Assembly (NCBI GenBank): GCA_045577555.1 | Contig: JAZNIQ010000272.1 | Span: 356-64,355 of the forward strand | Reading direction: 5' to 3' | Source: Candidatus Fimenecus sp. | GTDB taxonomy: Bacteria; Bacillota; Clostridia; Oscillospirales; Acutalibacteraceae | Length of the DNA stretch: 64,000 nucleotides | In this document: positions 51,733 through 60,886 of the stretch, piece by piece | Layout of the letters: each line of letters begins with the position of its first letter | Numbering within the stretch: the first letter of the stretch is position 1 | The notes under the pieces: model-generated | Told to the model about the DNA's origin: nothing | Database searches by the model: none | Seen by the model: only the letters and a program-made list of their open reading frames with translations | Translations under genes and position numbers: made by a program

Positions 51733-53799
51733 TTACTCTCCCAACAAATCTTTCAAATTATTATTAATCTTTGTTGCCAAAGAGTATGCTTCTTCATTAA
51801 GGGTTGAAAGAACTTCATTGAGTGAAAGCATCTCGGACTTGAACTCTTCTTCGGTCATTCCGTCATCTTCGATGACAACACCAACGTATCTACCGGCATT
51901 AAGAGAATAGTCTTGGTCTTCAATGCCATCTTCACCTTTAAGGGATGCAGCTTTGCAAAGACCGATTACATCTCTGTATTCGCCATCAGGGAAACGTTCA
52001 ATGAGCCAAAGAATGTTATCGATGAAATAAAGAATATCATCTGCAATATCTTTGATTTCCTTATGCAAATCAAAGTATTCAAATGCGGTCTTGTGTAATT
52101 TAGGTTCATCATCTAAATTATGATGAATCCCTCTTTCTACAAGGTGCAACTGCTCCCATAATTCTTCAACATCTTTTGCAAACAAAGACCTTTGCGCCTG
52201 AACGTTTGTTGTAGTAGATATAGCAGCAATAAAATCATCGTGTTTGAAGGAGTCATATCCCATATAATCCGCAGGTTTTTCTTCGGATTTATAGCCATCA
52301 TCATTAAATACTTCAGCGCATCTGTTATTAACAGCTGTAGCAAGTTTGCTAACCTTGATTGCAAAATCATTTTTTAAAGAAATGTACTCATTAAACAAGG
52401 TTTGTACTGTTGCTTTATATTCATCCACAAGGTCTATAAATGATTGCTTGTCACCGTTGTAGAGTCTCGTAATAATACCTAAATTCTTAATCTGCTCGTC
52501 AGAGAATTTTCGGTGTGCTCGGTCAACCTGAGTGAACACGTTGCGGGCATCGATAAAGAGGATGGTATCCTTTTTATCGGTCTGCGGTTTGGTCTTGTCA
52601 AAGAACCAAAGGGTCGCAGGGAGAGTAACCGAAGTGAACATATTGGAAGGAAGCGTTACCATCTGAGAGATAACACCTTCTTCAATCAGTTTCTTTCTGA
52701 TTTCATATTCGGAACCCGAAGCATCGGATGCAGAGTTTGCCATAACAAGTGCAGCACGGCCATTATCGTTCAAAGCAGAGGCAAAATATCCAATCCAAAG
52801 GTAGTTTGCATTGGGTACGGTTTCTTTCTTATCAGAGTCTTTCTTTCCACTCTTGGTCTTATTTCTGGGCACACCATAGGTATTGAAACGAGCATCGTCG
52901 ATAACCTTTTCTACAACAACCTCATCTACGTTGAAGGGAGGGTTTGCCATAACATAGTCAAAAGAACCAAAAGCATCGTAGGGGTCAGAATAGAAAGAGT
53001 TTGCTTCGGTAATCTCACCACGAACATTGTTGAGGAGAAGATTCATCTTTGCCAACTTTACGGTATCGGGTTCTTTTTCAACACCGTAGCAACGGAATTT
53101 CATCTGTTCTTCGGCGCTTGCATTATGCTCGTGCATATAACGTGCAGCCTGAACGAACATACCGCCTGAACCACAAGCAGGGTCTAAGAACTTCTTATCA
53201 CCACATTCGGGGTTAAGAACATTTACCATATAACGAACAACGGTAGCAGGCGTATAGAATGCGCCACCGTCTTTACCTTCGGACAATGCGAAGTTGCCAA
53301 GGAAGTATTCATAAATTTCACCAAAGATATCAATGGTGCAGTTTTCGGGAATATCCTTAAAAATACGAACAATGTTAGAGAGCAGTTCCGGTTCTTCTTC
53401 GGGAACGAGTTGCGCATAAACCTCTTTGGGAAGCACACCGGACATTTTGGGGTTCTCGTCCTCAATAGCTTCCATTGCTTCTTTTACGATGATTGCCTTG
53501 TTAGCATCATCGGGAGCATTGTTTATATAATCGTAATATGCCTTTTCAGGGAGGTAGAAACCGCACTTCTCGATGGAGATTTCTTTAATAGTCTTTTCGG
53601 CTCTGCCACCCTTGGTGCGGTTATATTCTGCTTCGATTTCATCCTTGTGTTGCTTGAAGAGAATATCAGCATAGCGAAGGAAGATAAGACCCAAGATAGG
53701 CTGACCGTATTTATTGGCGGCAAGATGAGCACCTGCACGAAGAACGTCGGCAGCGTGCCACAGATTTTCTTTTAATGTTTTAAGTTCTCTATCGGTCAT
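51733..53799 (-). CDS. hsdM: Type I R-M N6-adenine DNA methyltransferase subunit (long form)
   Basis: 688 aa. FLDPACGSGGMF (motif I), VMANPPFNV (motif IV) and the HsdM N-terminal LWHAADVLRG-like segment. Confidence 0.9.
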   Translation of the reverse strand: MTDRELKTLKENLWHAADVLRAGAHLAANKYGQPILGLIFLRYADILFKQHKDEIEAEYNRTKGGRAEKTIKEISIEKCGFYLPEKAYYDYINNAPDDANKAIIVKEAMEAIEDENPKMSGVLPKEVYAQLVPEEEPELLSNIVRIFKDIPENCTIDIFGEIYEYFLGNFALSEGKDGGAFYTPATVVRYMVNVLNPECGDKKFLDPACGSGGMFVQAARYMHEHNASAEEQMKFRCYGVEKEPDTVKLAKMNLLLNNVRGEITEANSFYSDPYDAFGSFDYVMANPPFNVDEVVVEKVIDDARFNTYGVPRNKTKSGKKDSDKKETVPNANYLWIGYFASALNDNGRAALVMANSASDASGSEYEIRKKLIEEGVISQMVTLPSNMFTSVTLPATLWFFDKTKPQTDKKDTILFIDARNVFTQVDRAHRKFSDEQIKNLGIITRLYNGDKQSFIDLVDEYKATVQTLFNEYISLKNDFAIKVSKLATAVNNRCAEVFNDDGYKSEEKPADYMGYDSFKHDDFIAAISTTTNVQAQRSLFAKDVEELWEQLHLVERGIHHNLDDEPKLHKTAFEYFDLHKEIKDIADDILYFIDNILWLIERFPDGEYRDVIGLCKAASLKGEDGIEDQDYSLNAGRYVGVVIEDDGMTEEEFKSEMLSLNEVLSTLNEEAYSLATKINNNLKDLLGE

Positions 53800-53802
53800 T
53801 AA

Positions 53803-54702
53803 TTATACCTCCAATACTGCCAAATACTCGCCAAGGCGTTCGTTTACATATTGGGCAATCATATCTATCATCTTGTTCGGGTTGCCATCTTTGTAATAGG
53901 CATCGAATGCATCGTAATAGCGCTTACGGTCTGCAAATTTTACGTTAATGGGCGGATAACCGCACTTGATAAGTTCAAGATTCATCAAAAGACGACCTGT
54001 ACGACCGTTACCGTCAATAAACGGATGGATGCCTTCAAATTCCAAATGGAAACGAGCAACACGCTCGATATCGTGAAGAACACCTTTTCGCTCGTTGTCG
54101 ATGGCAAGAAGCTCTGCCATTTTGGGTTCAATCAGATACGGTTGCACTGGCTCTGTGAAAGCACCCATTATGCGAACGGGAATTCTACGATAAACACCTT
54201 TATCTTCAGGGCGATTCATCAGAACCAGAGCATGGATATTTTTAATTACACTCTCAGACAGGGGCATATCCTTTTTAGCAATATCTTGAACATAAAGGAA
54301 TGCATCACGATGACCAACTGCTTCCAGATGGTCTTTGAGAGGTTTCTTATCAATAGTCATACCTTCCAGTGCCATAGCAGTCTCTTTTAGAGTAAGAGTG
54401 TTTCCTTCAATCGCATTGGAGTTGTATGTGAACTCAACCATAAATTCGTCGCGCAGACGTTCTACTTCACCGGCAGTGAGGGGGCGCATGGCGGCGAGTT
54501 TTTCTTTTTTATAATCAACTTCCATTATTACGTTGTTCTTGCTACGGCGACCGTCAAGGGGTTTAAGTGCATTTTCGGGAACCATATATAATTTGCCCTT
54601 GCGAATTACACCTTCAACCTTGCCTTCGGCACATAAAATACGGGCTCTGCGAGCAGAAATGCCCCATTTTTCGGCAGCTTCAGATACTTTAATATAGTTC
54701 AT
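53803..54702 (-). CDS. Fic-family protein with an N-terminal HTH
   Basis: Fic motif HPFIDGNGRTGRLLMN. The N-terminus IKVSEAAEKWGISARRARILCAEGKV is MerR/excisionase-like. Confidence 0.85.
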   Translation of the reverse strand: MNYIKVSEAAEKWGISARRARILCAEGKVEGVIRKGKLYMVPENALKPLDGRRSKNNVIMEVDYKKEKLAAMRPLTAGEVERLRDEFMVEFTYNSNAIEGNTLTLKETAMALEGMTIDKKPLKDHLEAVGHRDAFLYVQDIAKKDMPLSESVIKNIHALVLMNRPEDKGVYRRIPVRIMGAFTEPVQPYLIEPKMAELLAIDNERKGVLHDIERVARFHLEFEGIHPFIDGNGRTGRLLMNLELIKCGYPPINVKFADRKRYYDAFDAYYKDGNPNKMIDMIAQYVNERLGEYLAVLEV

Positions 54703-54923
54703 TCGGAATCCTCCTAAAATGATTACATTATAACAGAATACAGTATATCACATTTCGGGAATAATAGCAATAGGAGTTTTCAAAAAATTCAAATATTATT
54801 CCTCAAAATATTTTGTGAAGGAATAGTCAATCTTGTCAATCGAATTTCTTGATTTAAAAACAAAAATACGCGAGATTCATGATAGTACCTTATTTCAATA
54901 TTTAATTTTTTGGAGGAATTATC

Positions 54924-55280
54924 ATGAAAAACACACAAATAAAAAGAGGCCAAATCTATTACTGCGACATTCCCAAAACAGCAGGCAGCGTGTACCATTC
55001 ACGCCGTCCCGTGCTTATTATCTCAAACAATCGCAATAATTTTTTCTCAAGATGCATCACCGGAATTCCGTTGACATCGAAACTGGGAAAAAATACCTTG
55101 CCGACGCATGTAACCATACATACAGATTGTGGGGTGAGTCGTGAATCGATTGCGATGTGCGAAAATGTTTGCAATTATTCGAAAGAGTCACTCTGTGATT
55201 TCATATGTGAAATTGATGAGAACTCAGAGGTGATGAAGCAGATTGAAAAAGCATTACTAATTCAAGTTGGAATGGCCTAA
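54924..55280 (+). CDS. MazF/PemK-family toxin, solitary
   Basis: IKRGQIYYCDIPK..SRRPVLIISNN and TGIPLTSK. The terminator agcaaaaccatcgg..ccggtggttttgct follows at about 55284-55320. Confidence 0.75.
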   Translation: MKNTQIKRGQIYYCDIPKTAGSVYHSRRPVLIISNNRNNFFSRCITGIPLTSKLGKNTLPTHVTIHTDCGVSRESIAMCENVCNYSKESLCDFICEIDENSEVMKQIEKALLIQVGMA

Positions 55281-55665
55281 AAGCAGCAAAACCATCGGAA
55301 CCGAGTCCGGTGGTTTTGCTTATTATATTTCTTGATTAATTTTTCAAATGAATCTATGCTATATATACAGTAAGAATTTACTGTAGGTGTACTTTTTTCA
55401 TTTTAATTCCTCTTTTTTAATATTTAATTGGCAATGAAGACGGCGAGCTCAAACAGGGCTCGTTATCTTTTTTAAGTCAGCAGAACTATACTTGAAATTC
55501 AACAATAATTGCGCTAACTTTACAATGTGCAAACGCACATTTCTCCATATAAGTTGAAATTTTGGGATAGAAAATGCCGTGGGTTTTATAACCTGCGGTA
55601 TTTTTCTTTTTGCCGCTTTCAATCCCCAAAAACAATACTTGAAATTTTTTTAGCTGTAGTGAAAA

Positions 55666-55706
55666 CTTTCGTCAATTCCGGTACAACCGGAAAATTTTGA
55701 CGAAAG
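55666..55706 (+). promoter_or_regulatory. Nested palindrome overlapping the dcm RBS
   Basis: The outer arms ctttcgtcaa (55666) and ttgacgaaag (55697) are perfect. The inner palindrome is ttccgg-tacaa-ccggaa. The 3' arm overlaps the RBS aaaggagg (55703-55710). Confidence 0.45.
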
Positions 55707-55719
55707 GAGGTATGCAATT

Positions 55720-56712
55720 ATGCATATCTCAACATTAAAATTCATCGATTTATTTGCTGGTATCGGTGGTATCCGTTTAGGATTTGAACAAGCATTTGGA
55801 AACGAAATTAAAACTGTCTTTGTTAGCGAGATTGATGCGAAGGCACAGGAAACTTATAAAGCGAATTTTGGAACAGATGTATCCATCGCTGGTGACATTA
55901 CTCAAATCCCCGCAGAGAGCGTTCCAGAGTTTGACATCTGTCTTGCAGGGTTTCCTTGTCAAGCATTTTCCGTTGCTGGAAAGAGACTCGGATTTGAAGA
56001 CACAAGAGGAACTTTGTTCTACGATGTTGCTCGCATTTGTAAAGAGCACAAACCTAAAGTTATTTTCTGCGAAAATGTCAAAGGACTTCTTAAACATGAC
56101 AAAGGAAAAACTTATCAGGTTATCAAGAACACATTCGAGGAATTAGGTTATACGTTATATGAGAAAGTTCTTAATAGCAGGAATTTTGGTGTACCGCAAC
56201 AGCGTGAACGTATTTATATTGTCGCATTCCGAAATGATATAGATTCTTCTGACTTTGAATTCCCAAAGTATACAGATAGCAGCAAACGTCTTCGTGACAT
56301 TATCGAAGAGACTCCTGTTGATGGAAAATATTATCTCTCTGAACAGTATCTTAACTGCTTAATAGAACACCGCAGACGCCATGAAGAAAAAGGACACGGT
56401 TTCGGATATGAGGTTTTAAGTTGGGACGGTGTATCTAACACGCTCGTTTGTGGCGGTTCTGGAAGAGAAAAGAATCTTATTATTGACGAACGCCAGAAAG
56501 ATTTTTCCAATGTTAAAAACAAGGGCAAAATCAACGATAAGGGTCTTCGAGTTCTAACACCAAGAGAGATGGCAAGACTACAAGGATTTGGTGATGACTT
56601 TATTCTTCCAGTTGCCGACACCCACCTTTATAAACAGATGGGTAATTCCGTATCCGTACCAGTTATCTGTGCTATTGCAGAGAAAATTAAAGAAGTATTG
56701 GATTCTCAATAA
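55720..56712 (+). CDS. dcm: DNA (cytosine-5) methyltransferase
   Basis: Motif I FIDLFAGIGG, motif IV GFPCQAFSVAG, motif VI ENVKGL, motif VIII QRERIYIVAF and motif X GNSVSVPV. Confidence 0.92.
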   Translation: MHISTLKFIDLFAGIGGIRLGFEQAFGNEIKTVFVSEIDAKAQETYKANFGTDVSIAGDITQIPAESVPEFDICLAGFPCQAFSVAGKRLGFEDTRGTLFYDVARICKEHKPKVIFCENVKGLLKHDKGKTYQVIKNTFEELGYTLYEKVLNSRNFGVPQQRERIYIVAFRNDIDSSDFEFPKYTDSSKRLRDIIEETPVDGKYYLSEQYLNCLIEHRRRHEEKGHGFGYEVLSWDGVSNTLVCGGSGREKNLIIDERQKDFSNVKNKGKINDKGLRVLTPREMARLQGFGDDFILPVADTHLYKQMGNSVSVPVICAIAEKIKEVLDSQ

Positions 56713-56727
56713 TAACCCATAAAAAAC

Positions 56728-56758
56728 AGGTGACGGAATTAACCGTCACCTTGTTTTT
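56728..56758. terminator. Bidirectional terminator between convergent genes
   Basis: aggtgacgg-aattaa-ccgtcacct is flanked by A6 and T5. Confidence 0.7.
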
Positions 56759-57287
56759 ACATCTTAACATCTTTCAGAATATCAGTGTGTGCTCCTATCA
56801 GGAACACCGCATACAAAGTCGTCATTATTTCGTCCAACCGTCCATCCATCTTTATTTCACTATTCATTTGATGGGTAAGACAGATTGATTCATGAATGAT
56901 TAAATCGCGCGAAGATGTGTAAAGCGTGTTTAGTTTATCGCCACCCGCATCAAGCAAAAGACCAATCATTTTTTCTTCATTGTGAAATGTGTTGCTGGTA
57001 ATTATTTTGATAGTATTTTGCACGTTTTCACATTCATCACCATCGCTCATACATTCCAATAAGAACCGTGCAAATACTCCTGAAGCATAAGCATTTTTTA
57101 GAATTGTATCAGGCACTTTAAAGTAGTCGCCTTTTAAATTGTAGGTGTCAACTAAAAGTTGTCCACAGTAAAATACTGCAAAAAACTTATACTTGGAATT
57201 GTGAAACGCTGGGAGGTTGGTTGGTAGGTCAAGAACTTTAATTGCGTTCTCAACAAGACAGTCAAACAAAGAATTTTTAATGTTCAT
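56757..57287 (-). CDS. Hypothetical protein convergent with dcm
   Basis: 176 aa ORF with no recognisable motif. Confidence 0.4.
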   Translation of the reverse strand: MNIKNSLFDCLVENAIKVLDLPTNLPAFHNSKYKFFAVFYCGQLLVDTYNLKGDYFKVPDTILKNAYASGVFARFLLECMSDGDECENVQNTIKIITSNTFHNEEKMIGLLLDAGGDKLNTLYTSSRDLIIHESICLTHQMNSEIKMDGRLDEIMTTLYAVFLIGAHTDILKDVKM

Positions 57288-57557
57288 AAGAATTCTCCTT
57301 TCTATTTTTGGAGTCTCATGTTAGCGCGTATATACCCCAAAAGTCAAGGCCTTTCTGTCCAACCGACATCCTTTACTTCGTGATTCTTAAAATAGTCGAT
57401 TGTGTTTAAAATGAAATTTTGTAAACGATTGTGGTAAATATAGAAACGATAATACGTCGATATCCATAGGTTTTGCTGAGTCCGTAGCATAAAAAATGGC
57501 CCCGTTTTCTAAGTTGGTAATACATGGGGCAAACGATTTTAAAAACGATTAAATCGT

Positions 57558-57583
57558 AATTGTATTTTTTAAAAAATACAATT
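57558..57583. repeat. Perfect 26-bp AT-rich palindrome
   Basis: aattgtattttttaaaaaatacaatt. It is preceded by four AAACGAT copies (57423, 57444, 57531, 57543). Confidence 0.85.
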
Positions 57584-57635
57584 TAACCTATAAGCATAAA
57601 GAAGCACTGCCGATTGCCGGCGGTGCTTCTTTGGG

Positions 57636-57803
57636 TTATTCGGTTATGTCAATGTCAAAATAAATAGAAATCTCATCATTGTAACGGTACTTGCGTTTGT
57701 ATTCTTTGGACTTTCTTTTAATAAAAAATTTCTCAAAAAGACTAATTATCTTATCAAATTTATGTACATCTTCGGGCGTTCCCGACACTCTTAATTTTAC
57801 CAT
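57636..57803 (-). CDS. Small hypothetical protein (55 aa), below the ORF-track cutoff
   Basis: MVKLRVSGTPEDVHKFDKIISLFEKFFIKRKSKEYKRKYRYNDEISIYFDIDITE. It lies directly downstream of 57820-58146 on the same strand and is followed by the hairpin gaagcaccgcc..ggcagtgcttc at 57601-57629. Confidence 0.4.
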   Translation of the reverse strand: MVKLRVSGTPEDVHKFDKIISLFEKFFIKRKSKEYKRKYRYNDEISIYFDIDITE

Positions 57804-57819
57804 TCAGACCACTCCTTTC

Positions 57820-58146
57820 TTAAAAAGCAACGGACAAATATCCACCATCTCGCAAGGCATCGTTAATAGTTTCAATCACTTGATTCTTATAAGCGTATGC
57901 ACTTGTTAAAGAGATGGATAATGTTTTACTAATTTCTTTTGTAATGCTCTTGTAATTGCCGGCTCGGTAATTCAATACAGCAGTTAAATATGCACAACCA
58001 AAGCGAAGCTCGTTACTGGTTCGTACAACCTTTAATCCTTCTTTATATTGTTGAAGAAGCATCTCTAATAAATCTCTGAATTCACCGTTATATACTGCGA
58101 GAGTAAACACATTACTTTCATCTAAAATTTTATTTAATGGTTCCAT
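57820..58146 (-). CDS. Hypothetical protein, possibly HTH regulatory
   Basis: 108 aa. ITKEISKTLSISLTSAYAYKNQVIETI is HTH-like. Confidence 0.35.
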   Translation of the reverse strand: MEPLNKILDESNVFTLAVYNGEFRDLLEMLLQQYKEGLKVVRTSNELRFGCAYLTAVLNYRAGNYKSITKEISKTLSISLTSAYAYKNQVIETINDALRDGGYLSVAF

Positions 58147-58341
58147 TCATATCACCTCGAAAAATTTATTTTATATCAAAATATTGACATGAAATATTTT
58201 TTAAATCAAGTATTTCACTTTTTTGAAACAAGAAATTCGCATTGCGAAAATTTACTTTGTTTTTCATATATTTAAAAACTTGAAATTATTTTGAAAGCCT
58301 TTTAATTTTTTTAAAAAACAAAATCAAAGTGAGGTGATGTT

Positions 58342-59472
58342 ATGGCACACTATGTACCCTGTGATTTATCGGTCGATACCGTTACGTTGAACTGGTATAG
58401 CATTTATGATTTGGTGCTAAATGATTGGAAATACGAACCGGCTTCAGAGACAGTTCCGTATGACCATTTTGTGAAGTTTATGAAAGACGGAGCCACAGTT
58501 AATTATACTCCTTGTTGTTCAATGGTATCGGTATCATTCAGCGCAAGTAGAATTGCTAACAAATTCAATTGCTATGAATACACCAACGACCAATACGATT
58601 ATGTTAAAGAACAAATTGAGCAAGCGGTATATCAGGCCACGAAGATACCTTTATGCTTTGAAGAAGGAATCGTATCTCGTTTTGACGTATATAAATCGGT
58701 AATTATGATGTCAATGGATGATTGTAAGAAAGTTATCGCTTGGTTACAAAAGCAACCTACTATCGGAAAATACAAGAGAGCACCACAAGAAGATACAGGA
58801 GAGCGCAGATATTTTAAATCAGGACTTACTTTTAATGCATATATAAAAAACTATGACCCACATATCCCCAAACATATAAGAGCAACCTTACCACCTACAC
58901 TTAGAGTAGAAATTCAGGGAAGAAAAAGTTTTAGAAGAAAATTGCTTGGAAAACAAGTGACGGCAACTATACTCAAGTATCCAGCAAAATGGGTTCAATA
59001 TTATAACGATGCTATAAACAGATTTAAGTTGTCTGGAACAGTTATTGACCACAAGGATTTCGAAGTGGTTGCTGCCGAAGTAATGGAAACTGAAAATCAA
59101 CGAATGAGAACCTCAACGATTACCAAAAACATTCAATTATTAAATAGATTCATTTCTGGTGATAACAAGAAGCGCAGTAAGGCGATAGGACTACTTAATA
59201 AGATATACGATTATGATATCTGTCCATTTCCGTTTGATTCCCCTGAAATCATCAAAAATCAAACATTAACCGCCGGTGCTGTTATCAGCACCGAAAAGCA
59301 ACAAGAACTTGAACACAATGAAGAAATATTAGAACGAACGTTATTATTGTTCAGAGAATGTCTGAGCAGAAAGGAAGCAAATATATGCAAAAATATTATC
59401 TACTATATAACAAATATAATCCCAACCGTCTCCAGTTGGGAACGAACTATAGAGATAAAAGACTCTTCATAG
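58342..59472 (+). CDS. Putative rolling-circle replication initiator (phage/plasmid Rep-like)
   Basis: 376 aa. The N-terminus DTVTLNWYSI resembles the start of gene II/X-type Rep proteins. It is preceded by a 190-bp AT-rich region containing the ttcgca-t-tgcgaa palindrome. The assignment is weak. Confidence 0.3.
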   Translation: MAHYVPCDLSVDTVTLNWYSIYDLVLNDWKYEPASETVPYDHFVKFMKDGATVNYTPCCSMVSVSFSASRIANKFNCYEYTNDQYDYVKEQIEQAVYQATKIPLCFEEGIVSRFDVYKSVIMMSMDDCKKVIAWLQKQPTIGKYKRAPQEDTGERRYFKSGLTFNAYIKNYDPHIPKHIRATLPPTLRVEIQGRKSFRRKLLGKQVTATILKYPAKWVQYYNDAINRFKLSGTVIDHKDFEVVAAEVMETENQRMRTSTITKNIQLLNRFISGDNKKRSKAIGLLNKIYDYDICPFPFDSPEIIKNQTLTAGAVISTEKQQELEHNEEILERTLLLFRECLSRKEANICKNIIYYITNIIPTVSSWERTIEIKDSS

Positions 59473-59669
59473 CGCATTTGCGGATAACATATATATTTTA
59501 TTTTTCATCTTCTATTTTAAGAGTTACGAAAAGAGGACGGAAAAACAAAAATCAGACCATGTAATAATCCATTTTTTAAAATACTAAATGGTACATGGTC
59601 TTTTCGGCATGTGTTTTGATTTTTGTAATATTCATAGATGAAGTTTTGAATTTTTTTCATATAAACGTA

Positions 59670-59708
59670 ATCGCTATACAACTTTTGAGGTTGTATAGCG
59701 ATTTTTTT
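59670..59708 (+). terminator. Strong hairpin terminator
   Basis: atcgctatacaac-ttttgag-gttgtatagcgat forms a 13-bp stem followed by T7. Confidence 0.7.
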
Positions 59709-59713
59709 GAATC

Positions 59714-60625
59714 TTATTTACGATATTTCAAGTTGCGTTGATACTTTTCATATTTCAACATTTCTCGATGAGACTGGAAGATGATAGCCCACCATCTGTC
59801 AAAGAGTTTATTGCCTTCCTCAATTTCTTCTTCATCTTCGGAAGCTCTTAACTCTTGTGCTTTTTCATACATCTCCAATTCAATGCCTGCTTCTCTACCA
59901 ATTTCGTTTAGAGGAAGATAAGCATATTCTCGTGGATGTTCTATTTTGAAATTATACATTTTAATTCCATTTTCAGTAACTTCTCCGATTCTTGCGGCAA
60001 TGTTACTGATACCAAATTCTTCATCTTCTTTGGCAATTCTATCCACCCATGCATCTGTGTGTATGTATTCGGCAACTCGCTTTAAAAAAGTATTGCGACT
60101 AATTCCGAGTTCTTTAAGCACCTCAGCCATACTTTTTTCGCCGCGCTCGTGTTGCCAATATGCTTCAACACTTGCTTTATCGACCATTTGCCAACCATCT
60201 TTTTTGTATTGTGTCGAAGAAATATTATTGAGTATTTCAATATTCTTTTCGATAGGTACATCGGTCTTTTTATTAAATTCAATATCTACTGTCGAAATTT
60301 CATTAACAGTTAAAACGTTACAATCGTTGAAATAGCAAATAAGCAATTCGTTTTTAGAATCAATTATTTGCATATAGCTTTCAGCGAGTTCATCTTTTTT
60401 TCCAAGTGCCGATACATCAGATACAATAATAACATTTTCCGGTTGAGATAGTATTGATTTAAAATTGGGTTTTTCACGGTTCCAAGTAGAACAGATATCA
60501 ATTATAACCTCATCTACTTCAAAAATTTTTGCTAATTCCATAGCCTTTTTATATTTTCTTGTTTGTTGTGCTTCCTCCATCGTTTTCATACGATTTCCAG
60601 AAATACATGTATAAATATATCGCAT
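59714..60625 (-). CDS. Divergent resolvase-like protein with a central HTH
   Basis: The N-terminus YIYTCISGN..EEAQQ.. / NVIIVSDVSALGKK parallels the serine-recombinase layout, but the YxRVS Arg is replaced by Cys. HTH SMAEVLKELGISRNTFLKRV. Confidence 0.35.
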   Translation of the reverse strand: MRYIYTCISGNRMKTMEEAQQTRKYKKAMELAKIFEVDEVIIDICSTWNREKPNFKSILSQPENVIIVSDVSALGKKDELAESYMQIIDSKNELLICYFNDCNVLTVNEISTVDIEFNKKTDVPIEKNIEILNNISSTQYKKDGWQMVDKASVEAYWQHERGEKSMAEVLKELGISRNTFLKRVAEYIHTDAWVDRIAKEDEEFGISNIAARIGEVTENGIKMYNFKIEHPREYAYLPLNEIGREAGIELEMYEKAQELRASEDEEEIEEGNKLFDRWWAIIFQSHREMLKYEKYQRNLKYRK

Positions 60626-60719
60626 TACACGACCTCCCTTTTAATCGTTTTGATATGGTAAGTATACACTATATTTTGCTCGATGTCAATATATGGTTGA
60701 AATATTTTACAAAAAGGTC

Positions 60720-60748
60720 TTGACAAATTCGAGTTTGTGTAGTATACT
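60720..60748 (+). promoter_or_regulatory. Sigma-70 promoter flanked by ATATGGTTGAAA direct repeats
   Basis: TTGACA, a 17-nt spacer, then TATACT. atatggttgaaa lies at about 60691 and 60770 on either side. Confidence 0.6.
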
Positions 60749-60886
60749 CTAATCACTCGATATGGTTGAAAGATTTGAAAAACACAAAGAAATATATCCT
60801 TGGGTTATTCATATCATATGGCTTTTCTGCAGAAACCAAAACAACTACTGTTGAATTAAATTTAAAAGAAATGGAGGTTTTACATA

